From contig JBMNLH010000003.1 of assembly GCA_050952625.1 (NCBI GenBank), forward strand, positions 119,429 through 183,428: a DNA stretch of 64,000 nucleotides, written 5' to 3'. A model generated the notes under the pieces. It saw nothing but the letters and a program-made list of their open reading frames with translations. It had not been told where the DNA came from and made no database searches. The stretch comes from Bacillota bacterium. Its GTDB lineage: Bacteria > Bacillota > Ch66 > Ch109. The position numbers were made by a program, and so were the translations under genes. Positions 21,770 to 32,430 of this stretch are shown piece by piece. Numbering within the stretch: the stretch's first letter is position 1; every line of letters begins with the position of its first letter.

Positions 21770-22774
21770 CTAGAGTTTTTGCGCTAGATACTCAGCCATG
21801 TCGACACAGCGGACCGAGTAAGCCCATTCATTATCATACCAGGCGACCGCCTTGATCATCGTGCCTTCCATCACCATCGTCGATAAGGAATCGACAATAC
21901 AAGAGTGCGGGTCACCATTATAGTCGCGGGAGACTGTCGGTTCATCACTGTAGGCCAAAATCCCTTTGAGTTCTCCCTCAGCCGCTGCCTTAAAGGCAGC
22001 GTTCACTTCATCAACGGTCGTCGATTTCGCCACATTCGCCACCAAATCAACCAGGGAAACGTTCGGGGTAGGCACCCGCATGGCTAGGCCGTTCATTTTG
22101 CCCTTCAATTCTGGCAAAACCAGGCCAATCGCCTTGGCCGCCCCGGTTGTGGTCGGAATGATGGAAAGACTAGCCGCCCTGGCCCGACGCAGGTCTTTGT
22201 GCGCTAAATCGAGCACGCGCTGGTCATTAGTGTAGGAGTGGATGGTCGTCATTAAGGAATGTTGGATATTAAAGTTTTGGTGGATTACCTTGGCCAATGG
22301 AGCCAGACAATTGGTTGTGCAGGAGCCATTGGAAATAATATGGTGCTGGGTTGGATTATAAAGCTGATGGTTTACGCCCATGACCATCGTAATATCTTCA
22401 TTCTTGCCCGGGGCGGAGATAATGACCTTCTGGGCTCCGGCCTCCAGGTGCTTCCGAGCATCGCGGGCATCCGTAAATTTGCCGGTAGACTCAATTACCA
22501 CCTGCACTCCGAGGTCTTTCCAGGGTAGATTGGCCGGTTCTTTTTCGGCCAGGACCTGAACCGTTCGTCCATTAACGACCATTTTCCCGTCTTTTATCTC
22601 TACCTGTCCCTGAAAACGTCCATGAACCGAATCGTACTTAAAGAGATGAGCGTTAGTTTCCACATCGCCCAGGTCATTAACCGCTGCTACTTCCAGATTA
22701 GGATGACTGGCGGCTGCCCGCAGGACCAAGCGACCGATTCGCCCAAAACCATTAATGCCAATTTTTATCGTCAT
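21770..22774 (-). CDS. gap: Glyceraldehyde-3-phosphate dehydrogenase type I
   Basis: [25 protein letters not shown]. Confidence 0.98.
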   Translation of the reverse strand: MTIKIGINGFGRIGRLVLRAAASHPNLEVAAVNDLGDVETNAHLFKYDSVHGRFQGQVEIKDGKMVVNGRTVQVLAEKEPANLPWKDLGVQVVIESTGKFTDARDARKHLEAGAQKVIISAPGKNEDITMVMGVNHQLYNPTQHHIISNGSCTTNCLAPLAKVIHQNFNIQHSLMTTIHSYTNDQRVLDLAHKDLRRARAASLSIIPTTTGAAKAIGLVLPELKGKMNGLAMRVPTPNVSLVDLVANVAKSTTVDEVNAAFKAAAEGELKGILAYSDEPTVSRDYNGDPHSCIVDSLSTMVMEGTMIKAVAWYDNEWAYSVRCVDMAEYLAQKL

Positions 22775-23012
22775 TTGACCCTCCTCCTTTAATTCTAAAA
22801 AATTTCTCTTCCTGGATATTATGTCTGGTTCGCCTAGATTTTATGGTTTGATTAATTCATTTTCTACAAGCCGAAAAAAAATCCTGCCCCATGGAAAAAT
22901 TATCCCCATTTAGGTCAGGCTCAACTCCTATAAAAAATATTCCTGAACAAACATCTTTAGACCCAAAAAATGTACCCCAAGCAAAAACAAGTCAGTTTAT
23001 TTATTATCAACT

Positions 23013-23050
23013 GCCCATGCCCGCTAGGCACAACCACGGATGAAAATAAC
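23013..23050 (-). repeat. Dispersed ~45-bp hairpin repeat, family B
   Basis: Reverse complement GTTATTTTCATCCGTGGTTGTGCCTAGCGGGCATGGGC matches 42321-42470 and 45295-45340. Confidence 0.8.
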
Positions 23051-23089
23051 TACTTGCTAATCTCAAAATCTGAGGATTTGTAACTTACG

Positions 23090-24496
23090 CTAGTATCGCT
23101 TACGCAGCGTGGCCGAGGGAATCCCCATTTCGGTCCGATACTTAGCGATCGTCCGTCGGGAAACAGGCACTCCCTGTTGGTTTAGCTGTTTGGTTATTTT
23201 CTGATCGCTCCAGGGCAAATGGGGATCCTCAGCTTCAATAATTTCCCGAATCAATTTCTTAATACTCTGCGAGGAATAACTAATCCCTTCAGAAGAGTTA
23301 ATGCCACTACTGAAAAAGAATTTAAACTCAAAAACTCCCTGCGGTGTTTGCATATATTTTTTAGCAGTTGCCCGGCTGACTGTTGATTCATGGACCCCGA
23401 CGATCTCGGCCACCTGTTTAAGATTAAGGGGCCTAAGGTGCTTGATCCCGTGGCGGAAAAATTCCTTCTGGATATCAACAATACAACAGGCCACCCGGTA
23501 TAGGGTCAGCCTCCTCTGCTCCAGACTACGGATTAACCAGGACGCGGCATTCAGCCGGCCTTCCAAATATTTTTTCGCTTCTGGCTCATTAACCTCCTTG
23601 TCTTGTAACAGCGAACGGTACCGACTGTTGATGCCCAACCGGGGGACCACCGAGTCGTTGAGCAACACCACAAATTCACCATTGATTCTTTCGACAATCA
23701 CATCCGGGACTACATACTGGACCTCGTTTGACCCGGCAAACTGATAACCCGGTTTAGGATTAAGCGATCGAAGCAGATCAACTATTTCTTGCGTTTCCTG
23801 AAGGCTCACCCCCAGACCAGAAGCCACTCTTGTCATTCTTCCCTGGGCGATGTCTTCCAGGTAATCGCGGACTGCCCGTTCGGTTAGATTATTCAGTTTG
23901 CCTGACTGTTGCAGTTGGATCAGCAAGCACTCCTTAAGATCCCTGGCCCCTATCCCGGCCGGCTCAAACGCCTGAATAACCCCTAATACTTGGGCTACCT
24001 TGTCTTCTGAGCACCCAAACTTCCGAGCTGCTTCTGTCAGGGTAACCGTTAAATAACCGGATTCATCCAGGCAGCCCACGAGGTATTGTCCCACGTGTTT
24101 TTCCAATCCGGGAGGGAAAGCAAGATCAATTTGAATTTGTAAATGTTCCTGCAAACTCGGCCCCCGCGTTAAAAAATTCTCATAGGAGTGTTCTGGATAG
24201 ACCTCCCGGGGCTGGTTCACGTAACCTAGATCGCTCCGATCAGCAAAATACTCCTGCCAATCGATATCAAATCTTTCGGTATCGGATCGGGGGTTATCTT
24301 CAGCAGCCGCGGCGACCTCTTCTCGTTCCCCCGGTTCCTCTTTGATTTCCAAAAAAGGATTTTCCAGTATTTCTTGTTGCAGGTACTGCTGTAATTCCAG
24401 GGCCGACAACTGTAAAACAGTAATCGCCTGACGCAATTCCGGAGTCATTACCAGCTTTTGAGTCAGTTCCATCGTTAAGCTGAGGTCAACGCGCAT
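23090..24496 (-). CDS. rpoN: RNA polymerase sigma-54 factor
   Basis: N-terminal QKLVMTPELRQAI, HESTVSRA, RpoN box SRRTIAKYR. Confidence 0.97.
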   Translation of the reverse strand: MRVDLSLTMELTQKLVMTPELRQAITVLQLSALELQQYLQQEILENPFLEIKEEPGEREEVAAAAEDNPRSDTERFDIDWQEYFADRSDLGYVNQPREVYPEHSYENFLTRGPSLQEHLQIQIDLAFPPGLEKHVGQYLVGCLDESGYLTVTLTEAARKFGCSEDKVAQVLGVIQAFEPAGIGARDLKECLLIQLQQSGKLNNLTERAVRDYLEDIAQGRMTRVASGLGVSLQETQEIVDLLRSLNPKPGYQFAGSNEVQYVVPDVIVERINGEFVVLLNDSVVPRLGINSRYRSLLQDKEVNEPEAKKYLEGRLNAASWLIRSLEQRRLTLYRVACCIVDIQKEFFRHGIKHLRPLNLKQVAEIVGVHESTVSRATAKKYMQTPQGVFEFKFFFSSGINSSEGISYSSQSIKKLIREIIEAEDPHLPWSDQKITKQLNQQGVPVSRRTIAKYRTEMGIPSATLRKRY

Positions 24497-24533
24497 CCAA
24501 TCACACCCCCTATACAGTTTCACGCCTAATGCC

Positions 24534-25490
24534 TTACTCCTTACCCTTACCCCCACGCAACTCCTCGGCTATCTCCTCCAAGCGTCTTAGCCGGTGGTTT
24601 ACCCCTGATTTCCCTAATTTAGGCTCCATTAAGTCACCTAGTTCTTTCAGGCTGGCCTCCGGATACGCCAAACGCACTTCAGCCATTTGGCGCAACGAGG
24701 ACGGCAACCAGTCCAAACCCACTTTATCCGCAATAAAGGTAATATTTTGGGCCTGTCGCAGACCAGTACTGACTGCCTTTTCGACATTGGCCGTATCGCA
24801 GTTAACTAGTCGGTTAACCTGGTTTCGCACTTCTTTTAGGACTCGAATATCCTCTAGGTGCAGCAAGGCCCGGTGAGCCCCAATCAGCCTCAATAAACTA
24901 GCAATCTGTTCTGCCTCTTTCAGGTAAACCACCTGCATCTGCTTGCGCAGATTAACCCGGGCCTGCAGACCAACCCGGTTTAACAGACCAATGACCTCCT
25001 GGGCATACCCCTCACTGCTTAGAACCAATTCCAGATGGTAAGCGGTCTCCGGGTTGGTAATTGAACCACAACCGAGAAAAATACCCCGCAGGTAAGCCCG
25101 TTGACAACACTGGCGTCGGACCAAAGACCTCCTGATCCCTTCATATACTCGCCGGCCCCTGATAATTCCCAACTGCTGCAGGATCGGGTCTCGAAAATCC
25201 GGCAGAGTCAACCATACCTGATACCGATTTTGCTTCTGCAAACGCTCTTGCCGCTGCACTAACAATTCCGGCGGCCAGGAATGAACCGATTTGCCCAAGC
25301 GAAAAACGTGGCGAGCCACAGCGGCATTATCCGTAGTAACATAAAAGGACGGTGGCTGTCCGGCACTGATCCGCAGGGTTCCCCCGGCCCGGAGCAGTGC
25401 TGAGAATTCGGCCAGACAACAACAATTTTTGGGAGGCATTATTCGGGCTAGTTCATTTTTTACCTGGTGAGAAAACGACACAGCCGCCAA
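24534..25490 (-). CDS. whiA: DNA-binding protein WhiA
   Basis: SFSHQVKNEL, NRLVNCDTAN, GKSGVNHRLRR. Confidence 0.96.
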   Translation of the reverse strand: MAAVSFSHQVKNELARIMPPKNCCCLAEFSALLRAGGTLRISAGQPPSFYVTTDNAAVARHVFRLGKSVHSWPPELLVQRQERLQKQNRYQVWLTLPDFRDPILQQLGIIRGRRVYEGIRRSLVRRQCCQRAYLRGIFLGCGSITNPETAYHLELVLSSEGYAQEVIGLLNRVGLQARVNLRKQMQVVYLKEAEQIASLLRLIGAHRALLHLEDIRVLKEVRNQVNRLVNCDTANVEKAVSTGLRQAQNITFIADKVGLDWLPSSLRQMAEVRLAYPEASLKELGDLMEPKLGKSGVNHRLRRLEEIAEELRGGKGKE

Positions 25491-25505
25491 TATCTATCAC
25501 CTCTT

Positions 25506-26789
25506 CTACAGCCCCTTCCGATAAATTAATCGGATTACCGTCTCGGCTAACTGGCGGGGATCATGCCGCACCATATCACTTTGATCTAATAAACTATCCT
25601 GGACTATTTTCACGTTCAGACCGGCCAGACCCCGGGTATCTACCTTCACCGGATAGGCTCCCTTGGCCTCGTATTTCCGCAGTTGCTGAGGCCGTACCTG
25701 CTGATTATTCACAATAATATAATCGACCAAATTATCCCCACAATGCTCGTAAATAACCCGCAAATGATCCGAAGCGGTAAAATGATCGGTTTCCCCAGGC
25801 TGGGTCATGACATTACAGATATAGATCTTCATTCCCCGCGCCTGACGAATGGCCTCCACTACCCCATCCACCAGCAAGTTTGGAATAACGCTGGTATATA
25901 AACTGCCCGGACCTAGAATAATTGCCTCTGCCCGGGCAATCGCTTCCAGACTGGCCTGTAACGGTTGTGGATTACCCGGTTTTAAAAAAATACGCTTAAT
26001 TCCTTTAGCCCCGTTTCTAGTAATCTCGGTTTCCCCTTCAATAATTTGGCCATCTAATAATTCTGCACACAGGACCTCATGCGAGAGGGTAGCCGGCAGA
26101 ACCTGGCCCCGCAAGGCCAAAACCTTGCCTAATTCCTGGATCGCCGGAACAAAGCCCCCAGCCCTTTCCGACATGGCCACCAGCAGCAGGTTGCCCAGGG
26201 AATGGCCGACCAGGCCTTGACCCTGCTCAAACCGATAAGACAACATTTCATTCATCAAGTTCTCCGTATCGGCTAAAGCGACCAAACAGTTTCGAATATC
26301 ACCTGGCGGGAGCACCCCCAGTTCGTCCCGCAATCGGCCTGAGCTGCCGCCATCATCGGTCACCGTCACAATAGCGGTGAGGTTGCTGGTATACCGTTTT
26401 AAGCCGCGCAGCAGAACGGAAAGTCCGGTCCCTCCGCCCAGCACTACTATTCGAGGACCTTTCTGCAGGGATCGGTGCTGATACAAATAATTAATCAGTT
26501 CCCCATCCGTGCCGGGCAATAAGGAAACCATTAGCGAGCGAAAGACTTTTCTTAATCCGAAGATAACCATTAACCCACCAAACGTAAAAATCAAGACCCC
26601 ACTGAGTACTGATGAATTAATGCCCGTTAATTGATAAAGAAGAAGGCGTAAACTCAGTTCCGCATTGAAAACAAACCAGTTACCGCTTGCAGTTACGGCT
26701 CCAACTCCGATTAAGATGACACCAATAAAAGCAAGGAGGAGCCACCGTTTGACCCGCAAGCCGGGGTAAAGCCATTTTAAGAATTTCAT
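25506..26789 (-). CDS. yvcK: YvcK/GlmR-family gluconeogenesis factor with N-terminal TM segments
   Basis: GGGTGLS, DDGGSSGRLR, GPGSLYTSVIPNL. Confidence 0.93.
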   Translation of the reverse strand: MKFLKWLYPGLRVKRWLLLAFIGVILIGVGAVTASGNWFVFNAELSLRLLLYQLTGINSSVLSGVLIFTFGGLMVIFGLRKVFRSLMVSLLPGTDGELINYLYQHRSLQKGPRIVVLGGGTGLSVLLRGLKRYTSNLTAIVTVTDDGGSSGRLRDELGVLPPGDIRNCLVALADTENLMNEMLSYRFEQGQGLVGHSLGNLLLVAMSERAGGFVPAIQELGKVLALRGQVLPATLSHEVLCAELLDGQIIEGETEITRNGAKGIKRIFLKPGNPQPLQASLEAIARAEAIILGPGSLYTSVIPNLLVDGVVEAIRQARGMKIYICNVMTQPGETDHFTASDHLRVIYEHCGDNLVDYIIVNNQQVRPQQLRKYEAKGAYPVKVDTRGLAGLNVKIVQDSLLDQSDMVRHDPRQLAETVIRLIYRKGL

Positions 26790-26792
26790 CCG

Positions 26793-27692
26793 TTAAACTC
26801 CTACCGATACTTTTCTGGTCCGATCACGATGTTTAACCAGCACCGGGTAACCCATCTCTCCCAAAGCCTCGCCAATTTCGATGGCCATTACGACCGAGCG
26901 GTGCTGACCTCCGGTACAGCCAATCGCAATCCCTAGATGCGTCTTGCCCTCAGCGATATAATGAGGGATCAAAAACTTCAGCAATTGGATAAATTGCGTA
27001 ATAAAACTCCGGGTGACCTCGTGCCCGAGCACAAACTTCTTCACCCGCTCATCCGTTCCGGTTAATTCTCTTAACCCCTCAACATAGTAAGGATTAGGCA
27101 AGAAACGAACATCCATTACCAGGTCCGCATCCATTAGTATCCCGTACTTATAACCAAATGAAGTAACACTCAGCGTTATTTGACTGCCAGCAGAACGAGA
27201 TCCGAAAAGCTCTGTGATCTGTTCCTTTAGTTCATGAACGCTTAAATTCGAGGTATCGATAATTTTATTGGCCCGTCCCCGTAATTCTTCTAACCGCTGT
27301 CGCTCCTGGGCAATCCCCTCCAGCACCCGACCCAGCGGAGACAAAGGATGACGCCGGCGCGACTCTTTAAAACGTCGAACTAAAATCTCATCGGCTGCTT
27401 CAAGAAACAGAATCTCGTAATAAATCCCCTGTTGGTTAAGGGAATCCAGGGATTCAAACAGGGAATCAAAAAACCGACCACCACGGATATCAATCACCAA
27501 AGCAATCCGGGGGATCTTTCCATCAGACTGCAGACACAGCTCAATAAACTTGGGCAACAGGCTGGGAGGGAGATTATCGACACAGTAGTAGCCCAAGTCC
27601 TCCAAACATCGGACCGCCTGACTTTTACCCGCCCCGGACAAGCCGGTTATTATCACAATTCTTATCTCCTGCTTCATCACCAACCTGTTCAC
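26793..27692 (-). CDS. rapZ: RNase adapter RapZ/YvcJ (P-loop)
   Basis: [35 protein letters not shown]. Confidence 0.96.
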   Translation of the reverse strand: MNRLVMKQEIRIVIITGLSGAGKSQAVRCLEDLGYYCVDNLPPSLLPKFIELCLQSDGKIPRIALVIDIRGGRFFDSLFESLDSLNQQGIYYEILFLEAADEILVRRFKESRRRHPLSPLGRVLEGIAQERQRLEELRGRANKIIDTSNLSVHELKEQITELFGSRSAGSQITLSVTSFGYKYGILMDADLVMDVRFLPNPYYVEGLRELTGTDERVKKFVLGHEVTRSFITQFIQLLKFLIPHYIAEGKTHLGIAIGCTGGQHRSVVMAIEIGEALGEMGYPVLVKHRDRTRKVSVGV

Positions 27693-27724
27693 CGCCCCTC
27701 GCCTTCCTCTAACGCTCTAATAAA

Positions 27725-27753
27725 TAATTCGCGAGCCAAGAAAAAGTTCCTGC
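27725..27753 (-). promoter_or_regulatory. sigmaH-like promoter for the rapZ operon
   Basis: GCAGGAACT-N11-CGCGAATTA. Confidence 0.55.
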
Positions 27754-27772
27754 CAGCAAAAAACAAATATTT

Positions 27773-27790
27773 ATGCAAGTAGCGTGCCAA
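27773..27790 (-). promoter_or_regulatory. sigma54 -24/-12 promoter upstream of rapZ-yvcK-whiA-rpoN
   Basis: TTGGCACGCTACTTGCAT: GG-N10-GC with full TGGCACG/TTGCA consensus. Confidence 0.8.
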
Positions 27791-27845
27791 TATTAGGGAC
27801 AGGAGGACAGGAGGCGAGATCAAAAAGAAAATTTTCCCAGGAAAG

Positions 27846-27875
27846 GCAGGACTAAACAAGGGCCGCGACGAATAT
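27846..27875 (+). promoter_or_regulatory. sigmaH-like promoter for pgi
   Basis: GCAGGACTA-N12-GACGAATAT. Confidence 0.55.
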
Positions 27876-27934
27876 TTTAGTAGAAAGTTGCTGCGATCAG
27901 GGAAATACTAGACCCAAAGAAAAGGAGTGAGGCA

Positions 27935-29329
27935 ATGCACGAGGTAATCAAGGTTGATCTTGGACATTTATTGAGCGACACAAAAGGCCCCGATTTTCTA
28001 ACGGCAGCGGAATTGGCTAACCTGCAAAGCAAGTACGCTGAAATCTTTCAAGTTTTTCAAAGGCAACTGAAAGAAAAAAAATCCCCGATTACTCTCGCCT
28101 TTAAGGCCGCAGAATCAATCGTCCAAATCAAAGCGACCGCCAAAGCTCTGAAAGAAAAATACGATAACGTCTTAGTAATCGGCATCGGTGGTTCGGCCCT
28201 GGGGGCCAAAGCGATTCTCCAGTTTGTGAAGGGACCGTTTTACAATCTGGAACAACACGCCGAGCCCCGGATTTTTATCTTGGATAACCTTGACCCAACT
28301 CTAGTGAAAAAACTGGGAGATTTGCTTGACTTTAAAAAAACCGCCCTGATCTATGCCAGTAAATCCGGCTCGACAGCCGAGACTGCCGCCAACTTTATTC
28401 ATTTCTACCGGCTCTACCAGGAAGCCGGTGGTGAGGTTAAGGATATCGTGATTATGTGTGACCCGGCGGAGAACGGGATTAACCGAATTGCTAAACGTCT
28501 GGGCTGCCATTTGCTCCACATCCCGCGTGATCTGCCTGGCCGCTACTCGGTCCTGTCGGCGATGGGCTTTCTCCCGGCAGAACTTGCCGGGATTGACTGC
28601 GCCCAGTTGCTTGCTGGAGCCGAAACCGTCCATCAGGCGATTATCAGGGAACCGCTCTCCCAAAACAGTTTATTCCTCCTGGGGATCAGTCTCTTTGAGC
28701 TAGCCGCTCGAGGCAAGCCAATCCACGTCTTGTTTAACTACAGCAGTTTACTAGTGGAGTTTGGTTTGTGGTATATGCAGCTCTGGGCGGAAAGTTTGGG
28801 TAAAAGATTGTCTCTAGACGGCGAGGTGGTCCGAACCGGGACTACGCCTTTGGCCTGCACCGGCCCTACGGACCAGCACTCGCTCCTGCAGCTGTTCAAA
28901 GAAGGACCAGCCGACAAGATTTTTGGCTTCGTTAAGGTAGACTCTGTACCGGACGCGATTCACCTGACTGGCCAGTTCCCGGAGGAAAAAGAGTACGCCT
29001 ATTTTGCCGGCCATACACTGGCCGAGCAATTAGGAATTGAGCAGTTAGCCACCGAAATGAGTCTGGTCCGGGCGGGGAATCCGTGTTACTTGATTACCCT
29101 CCGCGACCACTCGCCTTACAGCTTGGGAGCCATCTTTTATTATTACCAGGCCCTGGTGGTTTTCTCAGCGGCCCTGGCAAACATCAATCCTTTTGACCAA
29201 CCCGGGGTAGAAGAGGGCAAGGTTATCACCTATTCCCTGATGAACCGTGAAGACTACGCGGCTGACCGAGCCAAGTATGAACAAGCGGTGGCGGAGTATA
29301 ACCAGGAGCGAAAAATATACGGTATTTAG
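27935..29329 (+). CDS. pgi: Glucose-6-phosphate isomerase
   Basis: IGIGGSALG, SKSGST, QLWAESLGK, DQHSLLQL, NPFDQPGVEEGK. Confidence 0.95.
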   Translation: MHEVIKVDLGHLLSDTKGPDFLTAAELANLQSKYAEIFQVFQRQLKEKKSPITLAFKAAESIVQIKATAKALKEKYDNVLVIGIGGSALGAKAILQFVKGPFYNLEQHAEPRIFILDNLDPTLVKKLGDLLDFKKTALIYASKSGSTAETAANFIHFYRLYQEAGGEVKDIVIMCDPAENGINRIAKRLGCHLLHIPRDLPGRYSVLSAMGFLPAELAGIDCAQLLAGAETVHQAIIREPLSQNSLFLLGISLFELAARGKPIHVLFNYSSLLVEFGLWYMQLWAESLGKRLSLDGEVVRTGTTPLACTGPTDQHSLLQLFKEGPADKIFGFVKVDSVPDAIHLTGQFPEEKEYAYFAGHTLAEQLGIEQLATEMSLVRAGNPCYLITLRDHSPYSLGAIFYYYQALVVFSAALANINPFDQPGVEEGKVITYSLMNREDYAADRAKYEQAVAEYNQERKIYGI

Positions 29330-29410
29330 CGGGCTCTAAACGCGCTCTTGAAACTGCGTTTTAAAAAAGATGTCCGCTAAACACCGTTCCGTTGTTGGCA
29401 CTGCTCCAGT

Positions 29411-30463
29411 CTAATACCCGAAATGAGGCAGGCTGGCCGCGCCCAGGGCGGCTGAAGTTTCTTTCAATCCGGCCGGGACGATCCGAACCTGCTTCCACAA
29501 AGCCGGAAAAGCCCGGCGTTCTATCTCCGGTCGAGCCGCCTCCAGGAGGGGATCCAAGAGCCGGGCTGCCACGCCACCGCCAATAACAATCAGGGCCGGG
29601 TTCATAAAATTGATGACACTGGCGAGCCCCATGCCCAAGTAAGCCCCAGCTTTCTGGATGATTTCCCGGGCCGTACCGTCACCCTGGCGCAGTGCCTCAG
29701 CCACAATTCGGCCGGTCACCCGCACCGGGTCACCGCCGGCTAGACTGAGTAAGGTGTCTCCCCGTCCCCGTTCGATCGCTTCCCGGGCCATCCGACCAAT
29801 GGCCGTGCCAGAGGCAAGGGCCTCCCAACAACCCGGGTGCCCGGAACCGCAGGGTGGCCCCTCTGGTTCGATCACGATATGTCCGACTTCCCCAGCCCCG
29901 CCCCCGATTCCTCGATAAAGCTGGCCATCAATTATAATCCCGGCCCCAATCCCAGTCCCCAAGCCTAAATAAACCATGGGACTGGTCCGCTGCCCGGCCC
30001 CAAACCGGTACTCACCCAGCGCAGCCACATTAGTATCGTTCTCCAACCAGACCGGCAGTCCGGTCCGTTCTTCAACCATTTTTCGCAAAGGCACTTCCCG
30101 CCAGCCTAGATTAGGGGCTTCATGAACCACCCCTTGAGCCGAAGATAAGACCGCCGCTACACCTAAGCCCAGCCCAATCACCTCATGTCCCTGCTCCTGC
30201 AGGACCTGAAGCAGCGTTGCCAGGTCATCCTTAGCCGGCGGCCCAGCCGGGGGCACTACCTGGCTGAGGAGCAGCCTGATTCCTTCATAAAGATTAGCGA
30301 GAACCGCTTCCATTCCCCGCTCGGCCTCAGTACGCACCACCTGCTGCGCAACTACTCGACCCTCCCGGTCCGCTAAAACCAGCTCAATTTTGGTCCCCCC
30401 CAGGTCTACTCCCAGGGCCAATGGATTCACCGCCGTATTAACCGTATTATTCAACCCCACCAT
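29411..30463 (-). CDS. ROK-family sugar kinase (glucokinase-like)
   Basis: GVDLGGTKI, ENDTNVAALGE, GEVGH, CGSGHPGCWE; ATG at 30463 after GAAAGGGG. Confidence 0.9.
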   Translation of the reverse strand: MVGLNNTVNTAVNPLALGVDLGGTKIELVLADREGRVVAQQVVRTEAERGMEAVLANLYEGIRLLLSQVVPPAGPPAKDDLATLLQVLQEQGHEVIGLGLGVAAVLSSAQGVVHEAPNLGWREVPLRKMVEERTGLPVWLENDTNVAALGEYRFGAGQRTSPMVYLGLGTGIGAGIIIDGQLYRGIGGGAGEVGHIVIEPEGPPCGSGHPGCWEALASGTAIGRMAREAIERGRGDTLLSLAGGDPVRVTGRIVAEALRQGDGTAREIIQKAGAYLGMGLASVINFMNPALIVIGGGVAARLLDPLLEAARPEIERRAFPALWKQVRIVPAGLKETSAALGAASLPHFGY

Positions 30464-30479
30464 AATACCCCTTTCCCAA

Positions 30480-30539
30480 GGAAGCAAGGAAACGGCTTTC
30501 TTACTCCCTCGGAAATAAGGGAACCGTCTTGGTGCTTCC
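30480..30539. repeat. REP-like palindrome pair (GGAAGCAAGG...CCGT...TGCTTCC); related copy at 42991-43021
   Basis: Terminal IR GGAAGCA/TGCTTCC with an internal AACCGT/ACGG core shared by both loci. Confidence 0.5.
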
Positions 30540-30561
30540 ACGCATTAAACCATGTTTCTTT

Positions 30562-31119
30562 GCGCCGTGTTTTTACGTAGGTCAGCGATTGGCGATTTAC
30601 ATCAGAGAACAGAGGCGGCTGAGGATCAGCAGGCATCACTGTCTGAGCCTGAAAGGCGAGTTTGATGCCTGCCCGAAGCCGACGAGGTTCGTTCCCAGTT
30701 TAGCCTGCTGACCGAGTAAAAACACAAGCAACTTAATAACACATGAAATCCGACGCGCCGTGTTTTTACGTAGGTCAGCGATTGGCGATTTACATCAGAG
30801 AACAGAGGCGGCTGAGGATCAGCAGGCATCTTTGTTTGAGCCTGAAAGGCGAGTTTGATGCCTGCCCGAAGCCGACGAGGTTCGTTCCCAGTTTAGCCTG
30901 CTGACCGAGTAAAAACACAAGCAACTTAATAACACATGAAATCCGACGCGCCGTGTTTTTACGTAGGTCAGCGATTGGCGATTTACATCAGAGAACCGAG
31001 GCGGCTGAGGATCAGCAGGCATCACTGTTTGAGCCTGAAAGGCGAGTTTGATGCCTGCCCGAAGCCGACGAGGTTCGTTCCCAGTCTAGCCTGCTGACCG
31101 AGTAAAAACACAAGCAACT
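30562..31119. repeat. Tandem array of a 193-bp structured element (2.9 copies)
   Basis: Units start at 30562, 30755 and 30948 and differ at only a few positions; nested inverted repeats within each unit. Confidence 0.97.
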
Positions 31120-32349
31120 CAGATTCGAATCAGCCGGTACTGCCGGCTGCCCAGACCGATTTCTTCTCCGTAGGCCAGTTGAGGAGTCCAGTCTACATCC
31201 GGATGCACCGCCCGGAAATAATCCTCTCCTTTAGGCAGACCACCAATCACGGAACCAGGCAATACGGTCTGCTGGTTGACCAGATCGACCGCTGCCTGGT
31301 CAATGGCGACCGGGTCACGCGAGGCTAGAATCCCGATGTCAGGGACAATCGGCAAATCATTCCAGCCAAAACAGTCGCAGTCCGGACTGATGTTGCTCAG
31401 AAAGCTGATAAAGCCAGCCTTGCCAGCCTTGTTTTTGAGGACTCCCAGGGCATATTCAACCATCTTCTCCTGCAGCGTTTGGGGCGTGGTTTTCCAGTGG
31501 ATCCTGATCGCCTGAGTCGTACAAGTAACCGAGCATTCCCCGCAGCCAATACATTTATCTCGATCAATAATGGCCTTTTTTATCGGTTTTTTCTTTGGCT
31601 TGCGGTTGGAGTGATCTACAGCTCCCTTCCCCGGTTCATCCGTGACTACCTTCTCCGACTCGCCCCTAGCCAGATCCTGATCCACCACGACTTCCCGGCC
31701 TTCAACTTCCAAGACAGTAATCGCCTGGGCTGGGCACCACTCCGCACATCTCCCGCAGCCAATGCACTTTTCCTCTTTTACCTTGGGCAGCACATCCGAG
31801 TGCATCATCTGCTTTCCGCTGCGCGACCCGGAACCCATCCCCAGATTCTTGATAACCCCGCCAAAACCGGTAATCTCATGGCCCTTAAAGTGAGTTACCG
31901 CCAGCAGGACATCTGCGTGATATAGGGCACTTCCAATCTTAACATCCTCAAAATGCCGCTGACCTATGTCCACACTTATGTAGTCTTTCCCATTCAGGCC
32001 ATCCGCAATAATCAGGGGTGCCCCAACCACCGCATAGTCAAACCCGTTTTCAATTGCGGTTTCCAGGTGGTCAACCGCATTCGCCCGACTCCCCACGTAC
32101 AGGGTATTGGCGTCTGTTAAAAATGGCCGGCCCCCCCTGAGCCTTCACCCGGTCAACCAGCCGGCGCAGGAACTGCGGCCGGATATAGGCCAGGTTGCCC
32201 CTTTCGCCAAAATGGAGCTTCAAGGCCACCAGATCCTGGGGCGCAATCAGTTCGTTAAACCCGGCCCGATCAAATAAACGTCCCAGTTTGTCCAGCAGGT
32301 TTTGCCCAGAACGGGCTCGCATATCTACGAAATAAACCTCGGCTGCCAT
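31119..32349 (-). CDS. DUF362-domain 2x[4Fe-4S] protein (apparent +1 frameshift in the C7 run at 32131-32137)
   Basis: ALKLHFGERGN, THFKGHEITGFGGVIKNLGMG, two CxxCxxCxxxC motifs, PDCDC. Confidence 0.85.
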
Positions 32350-32430
32350 AGTTCCCCCCCTTTGAGAATCCTTTTTAGAATCCATTTTGCATCCTGATGA
32401 TAAAAATTATGATTGCCTGCGTGAAACAAA

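Noticed and set aside
22955-22982. CggR operator upstream of gap
   Set aside because: Only a loose resemblance, and no cggR gene lies in the window.
30562-31119. CRISPR array, or the small repeated ORFs (30451-31025) as real genes
   Set aside because: The units are 193 bp with identical linkers and no cas genes are present; the ORFs are by-products of the repeat and lack an RBS.
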